A stretch of 55,431 nt of DNA, the filler included, from Squatina squatina (lineage: Eukaryota): NCBI GenBank assembly GCA_031763465.1. It is 3 parts of 3 records of this genome, joined end to end, with 100 filler letters (N's around TTAATTAATTAA, not from the genome) between each part and the next. Parts side by side here need not be neighbours in the genome. Positions count along the whole stretch, not along the records: positions 1 to 14,439 come from JARFOE010000016.1; positions 14,540 to 35,545 come from JARFOE010000194.1; 1 more part is not named here. One strand, given 5' to 3'. Positions 13,823 through 23,626 of the stretch are shown here, in pieces. Positions within the stretch are counted from its first letter, which is position 1. Each line of letters starts with the position of its first letter. Under the pieces are notes generated by a model. It saw only the letters and a list, made by a program, of their open reading frames with translations, searched no databases and had not been told where the DNA came from. Both the position numbers and the translations under genes were made by a program.

Positions 13823-14306
13823 CTCTTTGCATTGTGGAGTCCTTTAAGTATGTTTCTGTAATATCTTGGAGCTCTTGCTGATGTCAAATACATCCCATTT
13901 ACATTACAGGCCTCCAAGGCACCAGTGTCAATAACAAAGAACCATGCACATGCACGATCGGTCACCAATGGTTGTTTGAAAGTTCCGATGCCAGACACTC
14001 TCTGAACACTCAGTCCCCAGTTGATAGAAAGCATGGCAGAAGTGCTTAAATTTGCGACCAGAGAGATACTTGGGGAAAATCATCACAGATGCTTCACAGC
14101 ACCTTTTGGAGGGAGCAGCACCAACTTCTTTTCTTTACTTCACAGTGCTGCTGCTAAAGAAGTTAATGCTGGGTCTTCTTTTCACCTGCTGTAGTTCTTG
14201 TGTTGATGACACTCTCACATTGGTATTAGATGAATCTCTCATCCTTTTCATCATTAAGCAAACAGTGGCCATGATGTTGGATACTGGACGTCGGTGGCTC
14301 ACTGAC

Positions 14307-14439
14307 TAGGGTGACGAGACGTCCCGGTTTTGCTGGGACAGTCCCGGTTTTTTGGGAAATGTCCCAGTGTCCCGGCACTTACCTTCAGATTGCTCAAATG
14401 TCCCGGTTTCTCGGAGCGAGAGACGGAGCCCTCACTGCG
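14307..14439 (+). mobile_element. hAT (Blackjack-like) DNA transposon end
   Basis: Begins TAGGGTGACGAGACGTCCCGG, typical of MER81/MER94-type termini, with repeated subterminal gtcccgg motifs; cut by the linker gap. Confidence 0.7.
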
Positions 14440-14483
14440 NNNNNNNNNNNNNNNNNNNNNNNNNNNNNNNNNNNNNNNNNNNN

Positions 14484-14495
14484 TTAATTAATTAA
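14484..14495. other. Artificial assembly linker TTAATTAATTAA within 44N+12+44N
   Basis: Palindromic six-frame-stop 12-mer centred in a 100-nt spacer; identical structure at 35590-35601. Confidence 0.95.
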
Positions 14496-14539
14496 NNNNN
14501 NNNNNNNNNNNNNNNNNNNNNNNNNNNNNNNNNNNNNNN

Positions 14540-14850
14540 CCTCATTGACACCTGTGCTGCTGACGGTCGGAATGGGGTGACGGCCCCTTTAAGAGGAATT
14601 TAAAGAGGAAGATGGAGTGGGCAGGGTGGGCGGGGCGGGGGAGAGAGTGGGGCGCGCGCCGGGATCTCTCCTTGCAACCGAGGCCTGTGATTGACAAGGG
14701 GTTTGGTCCAATCGGATAGTCGCCGCGGGCTCCCGAGGAACCAATAGGAACTGGGCAGCGCTCCAGGGGGCGGGGCCGATGGGGTGCTGAAAAAACAGCA
14801 GCTCGAGAGTTTGGAGCGGGGTCCCGGCCTGATTGACAGAAGTTGGGTGC
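14540..14850. promoter_or_regulatory. CpG-rich promoter-like block with CCAAT and GC boxes
   Basis: CCAAT at 14708 and 14741 (33 bp apart); GGGCGG boxes near 14628-14640 and 14768-14775; high CpG content. Could be a host promoter or a transposon-internal promoter. Confidence 0.5.
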
Positions 14851-16528
14851 AGACAATTTTGTACCTTTCACTCCTTTGTTTCTCTTGCAACGAGTTTTAA
14901 TACATTGCAGTTTTAGCTCATCGCAATGCAATAATTTCCCCCTCTGAATTCTTGTTTAAAATGCAAAATGTTAATTTTTTTTCCAGATCACCGATGCACC
15001 AAAACATATAACTTAAAACTTTTTTTTCTCTCTAAAGCAAATGTCGAACCGTGTGAAATTAAAACAATGTAATAAACATGCTGAACGTGACCAGGTCAAC
15101 CTAACGTTTGGTGGAGCCGACGGAATGACATACAGATGCTGCTAATAATGCAAAGCAGGGAATTACTGCTGAACTGAGCTTGCCAGCGAAACACCAACAA
15201 AACAGTCCAGGAGGCGGTTCATTTCCAACCGGAGTGCTGAAAAAATACAGCCCAGGTTCGAAAGCCTGGCAAGGACGAAGGCATTAAAGTTGTCTGTGTA
15301 TTACTGGAGAGCGCAGCAACATAATCATGTTTTTATAACAGTAAATCACTGTTATAATAGAGATTATTTACATCAACACTATAGAACAGTTGAAATATAC
15401 AACATGTAGGTGATAAAACAGCCCTGACTGCATTTTGATATATAAATAACCTGTCAACTGCAGGTCGAGATGTGGCTTATGCCATTTTTACGAAGACGAG
15501 AAGTATACAAATCATGACAGCTTTAGAGGCGGTAGTAGTTGTAGTGCTGCTCCAAGGGCAACAGAATGACCATCATNNNNNNNNNNNNNNNNNNNNNNNN
15601 NNNNNNNNNNNNNNNNNNNNNNNNNNNNNNNNNNNNNNNNNNNNNNNNNNNNNNNNNNNNNNNNNNNNNNNNNNNNCACAATGCAGACCAATTGGGCCCC
15701 CAATATTTTTGACATATATTTCTTAATAATTGCAATATTAAATGTACAACCTTGTAATACAGATCATGTTTCAGATCAGTTAGAATACAGCTATTTGCAG
15801 CTCTCTTAATACATCAGCAGTTGATTAGTAGACACAGGAAAAGGATACTAATTTCTAGGCCTTTCGATGAAAAGAATCAGAAGTTGTGGGTGTGTGGAAT
15901 TAATGCAAAGGATGATTTAAATTGCTTATGATGGATATTTTGTTCATATTTTCACCTGAACTAATGGATGAAATTAAATATACAGTTGTTTGGGTTCAAT
16001 GAATAATACCAGATGTACCAGCTACAGATATGTAGCTTTCAGACAGGGATTAAAACCAGCACCTAATTCCTGCACAATAATTCTAAACTGTGATTAATTA
16101 TAGGCTCTGTTTGACCTTTGATGATTTACACATACTGTATTGCAAAATCATTCATAAAAAACCCTCCACAACGTGTCCAGATAAACAAGTTTCTGTGAAA
16201 AGGCAGTGCTTGTTGCCATGGTGACAGCTGTGCACACTTTTTTTTTAAAACAGGAGGCTTGAAGAATAAAAGTTTCATATATTTTCTCAGAAGTCCTGTT
16301 TCCAGCACTTTTATTCAAAATGGCAGTTGTGATATTTGCTGACCCTTTACTTGTTCAACTACCCAAACCCGGTCAACACAAAACAGCAGTTGTGCATGTG
16401 GAATACAGATAGACAGATAATGAAATTCCTAATGCACTTCAGATTCAGTGGAGGTTGCTTTGAGCCAGGTCAGTTTGGTCTGCCTCAAGTTTTCACTTTT
16501 TTTCCCTCTCCCAGGAGATTGCATGAAT

Positions 16529-16897
16529 AAGAAAGATAGGAAGAGTTTGCATTTATATAGCGTCTTTAACTTCATAAACCATCCCAAGGCGCTTCACAGG
16601 AGCGATTATCAAACAAAATTTGACACCGAGCCACAAAAGGAGGTACTAGAGCAGATGGCCAAAAGCTTGGTCAAAGAGATAGGTTTTATGAAGAGTCATA
16701 AAGGAGGAGAGAGAGGTAGAGAGGCAGAGAGGTTTAGAGAGGGAATTCCAGAGCTTCGGGCCCAGGCGGCAGAAGGCACGGTCGCCAATGGAGTTCAAGA
16801 GGGCAGAATTGGAGGACCACAGATATCTTGGGGGCTGCAGGGCTGAAGGAGAATACAGAGATAGGGAAGGGAGAGGATGAAAATTTTAAAATCGAGG
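16529..16897 (-). mobile_element. L2-type LINE 3' end
   Basis: Reverse complement contains ctctggaattccctc (WNSL motif) and the tail gaagcgccttgggatg...cgctatataaatgcaa; related copy at 45252-45650. Confidence 0.75.
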
Positions 16898-16997
16898 NNN
16901 NNNNNNNNNNNNNNNNNNNNNNNNNNNNNNNNNNNNNNNNNNNNNNNNNNNNNNNNNNNNNNNNNNNNNNNNNNNNNNNNNNNNNNNNNNNNNNNNN

Positions 16998-17211
16998 TTT
17001 CCCAATCTATTGCCATTCAGATAATAATCTGCCTTCCTGTTTTTGCCACCAAAGTGGATAACCTTACATTTATCAACATTATACTGCATCTGCCATGCAT
17101 TTGCCCACTCACTCAATCTGTCCAAATCACACTGGAGCCTCTCTGTATCCTCCTCACAGCTCCCACTCCCACCCAGCTTTGTGTCATCCGCAAACTTGGA
17201 GATATTACATT
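16998..17211 (-). mobile_element. CR1 LINE reverse transcriptase fragment
   Basis: CNISKFADDTKLGG...LQCDLDRLSEWANAWQMQYNVDKCKVIHFG: canonical CR1 RT catalytic region (FADD). Confidence 0.95.
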
Positions 17212-17911
17212 TTTCCTTCCCTAATGCCCACAGAATAGGCACACGTAGAGTGTTAAGCAGCGGAAAATTGGTCCCATCATAAATATCTTTTGCTAATTGA
17301 ATGTTGAGACTGCAGGCTAATGCATTTAATCAAAGCACAGAAGCTATTTATTAGGCCTGTCTAAATGCAAATTTCTATGCCTTGTGTGTACCTGATTGGT
17401 TTAAATTTCATATTCATAAAACAGCAACAAATTGCAGTTGAACAATAGGGAACCTACCAGTCAGCAATAACAAGGAGGATATAAGACCACTAATCAGGAA
17501 GTTAAAAAGAAACTCCAAATAGTCTATAGCAGCTCTTAATAAAATGAGTTTACAAACCAAGCCAACCACTCTAAATATTTTTGTTTAGTTTACACTAAAT
17601 TAAGGCTTTATAACTAGAAATGTGGTTTGCAGCATAACAAAATCTTAAAATGTTTACACTTATTATTGGCTACATTCGACCATAAGTTAATATGATAGGG
17701 CCCTAGTAAAATGTTCCCTTTCTTGAATTTTCTTTAGCCCAGTACTTTGAATGTATTGCTCGCTGTGCAATTATTACTGTTGCATGTTCTCATTAACTGA
17801 TGAACATTGTATAATATTTTTAAAGGCATAGTGCTTAATATGTTAACATGAGTGAGTTGTCAAAATAAATTAAAATATACACACCGTTAACTTTAATTTA
17901 TTTTTCTTCAG

Positions 17912-18030
17912 GCCGGGAGCGACAGAATTCAGGTCAAGGATCGCCAGCAACTTCAGAGAGAATCCCAAGCCCAAAGTCTCCCATAAACAATTCTACAAAA
18001 ACTAAACCAGAACAACCAGTGGCACTTAAG
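17912..18030 (+). CDS. 119-bp internal coding exon of an unidentified gene (Ser/Pro-rich)
   Basis: Strong acceptor tttaatttatttttcttcAG and donor AAG|GTAACA. Single open frame (phase 1 to phase 0): (G)RERQNSGQGSPATSERIPSPKSPINNSTKTKPEQPVALK; the other two frames contain stops. Confidence 0.65.
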
Positions 18031-18339
18031 GTAACAACAGATTTTCAAAATCTTGTTGCCCTAATTTTTGAAGGAGCTTTTTTTTTTTCACCTCTCAGCC
18101 AAAAGTCTCCCCTCTTTAAATTACATGTACCTCAGTTTGGGGGATAGACTACAGAGCTGCCTCCAAATCTCTATGAAGCTGCTCTGTAAATGGATACTAG
18201 GAGGTGCACAGGAGCAACGTATTACAACTGCTGCTTTATCCTTCTCCCTGTATTAATGTGCGTGGCCTCTGCTTACCATTGCTACACAAGTGCAGTTCTG
18301 TTTTGGAAAACTCATGTTCGGGAAACCAACTAACCATCG

Positions 18340-18495
18340 TTAGATATAGTTCTTTGGGCCAAAAGGATCAAGGGATATGGGAAGGAAACAGGAACAGGGT
18401 TCTGAATTTGGATGATCAACCATGATCATATTGAATGGCAGAGCAGGCTCGAAGGACCGAATGGCCTACTCCTGCTCCTATTTTCTATGTTTCTA
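18340..18495 (+). mobile_element. CR1-type LINE 3' tail
   Basis: ggatcaagggatatggg...ccatgatcatattgaatggcagagcaggctcgaagg...tggcctactcctgctcctattttctatgtttcta. Confidence 0.85.
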
Positions 18496-19057
18496 ACAGG
18501 GTTGCGCTATGAGAGCACATTCTTTGGTTTGCAGAGATTCTCCTTCCTTTCCTTGTTGCAGCTATGTAGAATTTCTTTTTAAATTCAACACCATCTTATA
18601 CTGAAATTCTTCAACCTAGATTTGAGTTTATTCACTTGTTCCATTCCTCTTCTACTAACAGTGCTATTCAGCCCTTGGAATAAATATTTTCATCTTCTCT
18701 GAGACAACCAAGCTGTCAATTTACAAATTCTATTTGGTAACTCTGGAAAATCATCCCGATTTTTGGCAGTAATATCAATGGAGAATCTTTACGTTATTTG
18801 TGGAATAGCCTCTTAATTTGAAGATGATTTGTCTTATCGAGTAAGGTCTTGATTCTTAATAAGGTGCAAGTTAGTGAGTAAGCACAGCTGTTTCTGCCCA
18901 AAATAAACAGAGCACGCCAGACAATACAAGTGGCAACTTTGATATTGATTATCATGCAAAAGGTTAATGGTTATTCCTTTCTGGCCAATATAAACGACTG
19001 CATGATTATTTTAAGCGGTGGAGACTGTAGCTTTTAAAACTTAAAGAAACATTGATA

Positions 19058-19191
19058 TAAAAGCAAAATACTGTGGATGATGGAAATCTGAAATAAAAAC
19101 AGAAAATGCTGGAAATACTCAGCAGGTCAGGCAGAGTCTGTGGAGAGAAATACAGAGTTAAAGTTTCAGGTCAATGACCCTTCGTCAGAAC
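19058..19191 (-). mobile_element. Penelope-like element pseudo-LTR (solo)
   Basis: Reverse complement gttctgacgaagggtcattgacctgaaac...ctgcctgacctgctgagtatttccagcattttctgtttttatttcagatttcc matches the abundant elasmobranch Penelope terminal repeat as recalled, and carries a hammerhead core. Confidence 0.75.
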
Positions 19192-19194
19192 CCT
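19154..19194 (-). ncRNA. Minimal type I hammerhead ribozyme motif (probably inactive copy)
   Basis: Minus strand AGGGUU-CUGACGA-AGGGUC auu GACCU-GAAAC-UUU-AACUCU: CUGANGA and GAAA boxes, stem II and a 6-bp stem I. The stem III palindrome AACGUU is altered to AACUUU. Confidence 0.65.
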
Positions 19195-19197
19195 TAC

Positions 19198-19398
19198 CTT
19201 GGCAATCCGGCGTGCAACCACTCCCAGCTCCCTGAGAGATCGAGCTGGATAAGGAGCTGGATAGGCCTCGGGATGGGGATAGGGAGATAGATGTGGATAT
19301 GGAGATAGAGACATGGATGGGGACTTGATTCTGGGTATGGATAGGATCAGGGATATGGGATAGGGAAAAGGAGATGGAGAGGGAAAAATCAGCCCCAT
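19198..19398 (-). CDS. Candidate first coding exon, Pro/Tyr-rich, unknown product
   Basis: ATG at 19398 (gggATGg), 67 codons ending ...SLRELGVVARRIAK exactly at a strong phase-0 donor AAG|GTAAGG; CpG-rich region upstream to about 19800. Confidence 0.33.
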
Positions 19399-20156
19399 CC
19401 CTGGGATCTGGGACGGAGTGTCTAATCTGGGGCTAGGATTGGCAGGGGTTCCATTCCATGTACTGGTGGACCGGACCCCCAGGAATTCTCGGGGTTCTTA
19501 ACGTCGCAGTTCACACGTGGGGTACTTGTGTGCGAGGTTAAAGGACAGCAGCCCCGAACGAGTCAGCGGTTTTAGGGAGGAGGTTGAAGGGAGAAGCATC
19601 TGGCGGTGTTAGAATTTCTTAGCCGTTACGGCGAACTCCCACCGTAACCGCGCCAGGACCTGATCGCAGGACCTCCCAAGCGATGGGACCTGCCTTGAAG
19701 GGAAAAGTGGATGAGCCCTCGTCTGTGCAGCTCAGTTCCAGACGCTGAAGCGACGCTTCTTTATCTGCGGAACAGTCAAGGAAGCATCCTCCATCCATAC
19801 AAATGTTCTTATTTCTTTTCTCTCTGGCTGTCACTTGAACTTACTGCTGTCCTAGTCAGACAAGCTGAACTGCTTGTTTAAGCTGATCATTCACAAAACA
19901 TTAAGGTCAAAGGATTGACCTTTGGGTAATCGAATGCAGCATTGTGTAATGACACATGAATGCATCATGTAACTGCTGCTGTCACCTACAATGCATGTTG
20001 GAATCTGATACAATTTTCACTCTGTAACACATGACCCGACCAGACAGTTCTTAAGCNNNNNNNNNNNNNNNNNNNNNNNNNNNNNNNNNNNNNNNNNNNN
20101 NNNNNNNNNNNNNNNNNNNNNNNNNNNNNNNNNNNNNNNNNNNNNNNNNNNNNNNN

Positions 20157-21230
20157 CCTCAAAAAATTCTAGAAGATTTGTCAAGCATGATTTCCCTTTC
20201 ATATCATAGTCCTTTTCCATAACTACTCTAAACCTAATGATATTATAATCACTGTTTCCCAAATTCTCTCCCACTGAAACACGCTCCACTTGCCCCACTT
20301 CATTCCCCAAAACTAGATTCAGCACTGCTTCCTTCCTCCTTGAGCTGGAAACATACTGATCAGTAAAGTTCTCTTGTACCCATTTCAGGAATCCCTCCCC
20401 CTCTTTGCCCTTTCTCATGCCAGCTCCTGCCCTGCCCCGCCCACCACAGAATTAATTGCTCCGGGGCACAAGTGAGCCGGAGCGTGCTCCTGGGCGGAAC
20501 TGGGGCAGCTGGCCTGGTACGTCGCTGGCGTGGCCTCAGCACCACACCAGTGACGTCATTTGCGCCGCGTCAGCCACTGCGCGCTGACGTCAGCAGCACT
20601 GCCAAGCCTCCCTTAAAGGGGAGGGCCACCGGCCATCCTGACAGTGCCCCGCGGCCCGACACTGGGCCACCAGGGACACCGGCGACCGGGCCACCAGCTG
20701 ATGGTGGCCCGATCTGACCATGGGCCACCATCAGTCAGCCGACAAACAGGCTGCTAAGGGGGTTGCAGCAGTACGGTGCGGGTCGGCGTGCGTCTTGATG
20801 ATGTCACACGCCAACCCACTGCAGAATTCAACTGGTCAAGCACAAAGGCCTTTGCGCCCCAGCTAAATTCAGCAGGAGGCATGATAGCCGCCTCCTGGTG
20901 CCATTTTTTCCTGTTATGTCCCATTAGCGCCCCTCGGAGGCGCTAAAGGGGTGCAACATTAGATGAATTTCTAGCCCTTGGTCTTTGAACCCATCCCTTT
21001 CTTGTGCTGTAACAGTATCTTTGGTCAATGCTGCCACCCACCCCTCCTTTTTTCCTTCTCTATCTTTCCTAATTACATTGTAGCTAGGACTATTAGATAC
21101 CCATTCCTCCCCTTGTTTGAACCAGGTCTCTGTTATTGCTACTATATCAAAATCCCAAGTGCCTACTTGTGCCTCACATTAGTTACCATGCTCCAGGGAT
21201 TTACACATATGCACTTGAAACACCTGAGTC
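20157..21230 (-). mobile_element. Decayed CR1 ORF2 (endonuclease plus start of RT), interrupted and internally deleted
   Basis: 20978-21230 encodes WDFDIVAITETW...RKDREGKRRGG; 20157-20418 encodes FLKWVQENFTDQYV...LVLGNEVGQV...LGNSDYNIIRF fused directly to KGKSCLTNLLEFFE. Confidence 0.85.
20419..20977 (-). mobile_element. PIF/Harbinger-like GC-rich MITE, family A, inserted in CR1
   Basis: Ends gaatttctagccc (reverse complement gggctagaaattc), homologous to 10528-10654; splits the CR1 endonuclease region; other terminus not visible. Confidence 0.7.
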
Positions 21231-21369
21231 TGCCTCGCATTTCCCTCCTCTCTGATCCCTCCTTTCTGACCCTTTATTCTAATGCTGTTTGTCTCTCCCA
21301 GTCCTCTGTGCATTTTGTATTTCCACTCCAGTGCCCCCCACCCTCCCAGGTTTCTGAATTAACCGGTAT

Positions 21370-21570
21370 TAAAACATTCTCCTCATCTTTCCCTTTTATG
21401 ACCTCTACTGACCAACCTTACTGACTGGTAGAAATAGATCTTCCCAATTTTACTCAATCGAAATCCTTCATTGTTTGACGACCTAAATCTGCTCTTAAAC
21501 ACTAAGGAAGCGAGTTCCAATGTCTCCTCACAACTACAGCCTCTCATCCCTGGTGTTATCTCAGATAAGA
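21370..21570 (-). mobile_element. Degenerate CR1 ORF2 C-terminal fragment
   Basis: Minus strand PGMRGCSCEETL and agaggtcataa...gatgaggagaatgtttt resemble CR1 PGMRGLSYEERL / RGH...MRRNFF. Confidence 0.45.
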
Positions 21571-22218
21571 CTCTTCTGTGACCTCCCCCTATGAATGGCA
21601 GTCAGAATCCTGCCGTCCACTGGCTGTCCCCCCTGCTATTGGAATCCAAGCCTCTGTCCTTGTTGGGCTCCGGTCCTATTGAAAGCACCTTTTCATTTGC
21701 ACCAAACCCCTGATGTCCTGATTGAATCGTGCTGAATTTGCATGTCCACTCTGCTGATTCTCCTGATCTGAGCAGCAGCAGAAAGCCCCCCTGAGGGATT
21801 TTTTCGATCAGATTGCTGACCATGTAAAAAAAAAACACCCTGGGAATTGGAGTACTTCATTAGTTGGTATTCATTATCTTTCACTTTGTGTTGCTTTTCA
21901 TTCAGTTCTTTTGGAAGTGAACCAGATACTTGAGGTGCCGTTTTAATTTAATTTGTGCACAGTTCCTGAAGAGCTGGAGCAGTATCGTTTTCCCCGGCTT
22001 GTGTAAGTTTAACACTTAACGTGCTACCACCTACTTATCGTCTTATTAGATTTACAAATAGATTTTCTCTCTTCCTTGCCAATTTTTCACTGCCAGTTTG
22101 AAAAGATGGAGTGGCATTGATATCCAACTTGTGTCAGTGCTGTTTCTGGCAACTTTTATAACTCACTAGTTTGGCCTCAGCAGGAGTGTTGTATCTAGTT
22201 CTGGGAGCCACATTTAAA

Positions 22219-22409
22219 GAACCATAGAAATTTACAGCACAGAAGGAGGCCATTCAGCCTGTGTCAGTCGAGAAAGAGTTATCCAGCCTAATCCCACTTT
22301 CCAGCCCTTGATCTGTAGCCCTGTAGGTTACGTAGAAACATAGAAAATAGGAGCAGGAGTAGGCCATTCGGCCCTTTGAGCCTGCTCCACCATTCAATAT
22401 GATCATGGC
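22219..22409 (-). mobile_element. Two adjoining CR1 3' tails of different subfamilies
   Basis: 22219-22331 (catagaaatttacagcacagaaggaggccattc type) is interrupted at 22332 by a tagaaacatagaaaataggagcaggagtaggccattc type tail. Confidence 0.8.
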
Positions 22410-23567
22410 NNNNNNNNNNNNNNNNNNNNNNNNNNNNNNNNNNNNNNNNNNNNNNNNNNNNNNNNNNNNNNNNNNNNNNNNNNNNNNNNNNNNNNNNNNN
22501 NNNNNNNNNCCCCCCCCCCCCCCCCCCCCCGGTGCGCCCTCTCCTCTCCCCCTCTCTTCCACCCGCTTTGTGCAACTGTGATTTTCTGTTCCTTCTCCAG
22601 CATCAGTACATGCCCTCCTGAAACAGGACGGCAATGTGAGCAGTCAGCCGGAGAGCTCATGGCTTTTAATAAAGCTGGTTTAGAACAGTCCTCATGCACA
22701 GATAGATTCTTCACATTTTCAATTATGTAGAGTGTGCTAACTCCTAATCTTCACAGAAGCGACGCGCGTGGTGTAAATGTCATTTTAAATCCTGAATTAG
22801 TAGGCAGATTGTTGAACTTTGTGTGTGATCCTGATGTCGCAACACTGTGCAGAATTAGCCTAATCTGCAGTTTTCACCTCTGGCAGCTGGAGGGCTAAAG
22901 TTACAGGCAATTTCTTTTAACTATTGCTCTTTTCAGTTTTTCTTTTTCTCTCGTTGCATCATTGGATCCACCCCCCTTTTAAAAAAAAACCCACATCTTG
23001 CTGAAGTTTGTGGTGTTTCGTAGAGAAGCGGGAGTCTGGATTGCTGAACCAAATATTGCGGTGTCCGCTTGAGAGTTTGTCTCGAGCTTTTCACATTTCA
23101 GTGTGTCGTTTTTATTCTGCAAAGTGTATTAGAAACTGAACCAAGCGATTACACAGCCTAATTTACAAAAATGGAACAGACCATTGATGAAAATGAAGTT
23201 TGTTTTGGGATGATGGTGGATCAAGACAGACAATGCATCACAGACACATCAATGAACTGGCGTTGATGCTCCTGAGTGGTTGCATGTATTAGTAAATCCA
23301 CAGATGGCAGATGTCATCCTTCCATGTTCGTGCTATGTTATTGTCCTGTCGAATCCACCCCTGCCCCAGTTATAGCCCTCCTTTCTTGAAGGTGCTGCCC
23401 GAAGATCACTTCATCCTGTGAGACCCCATAATCCCACCTCATGGGATCCAGCTGTTTATACCGTCATNNNNNNNNNNNNNNNNNNNNNNNNNNNNNNNNN
23501 NNNNNNNNNNNNNNNNNNNNNNNNNNNNNNNNNNNNNNNNNNNNNNNNNNNNNNNNNNNNNNNNNNN

Positions 23568-23626
23568 CTCAGCTACGATGAGCCAAATGGCCTCCTTCTT
23601 TGCTGTAAATTTATATGGTTCTATGT
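23568..23626 (+). mobile_element. CR1 3' tail remnant
   Basis: gccaaatggcctccttctttgctgtaaatttatatggttctatg matches the reverse complement of the 22219 tail. Confidence 0.7.

Noticed and set aside
14307-15103. Possible complete hAT element ending at ggtcaaccta (15094-15103)
   Set aside because: The TIR match is short, there is no 8-bp TSD (tcactgac versus acgtttgg), and an artificial linker lies between the ends.
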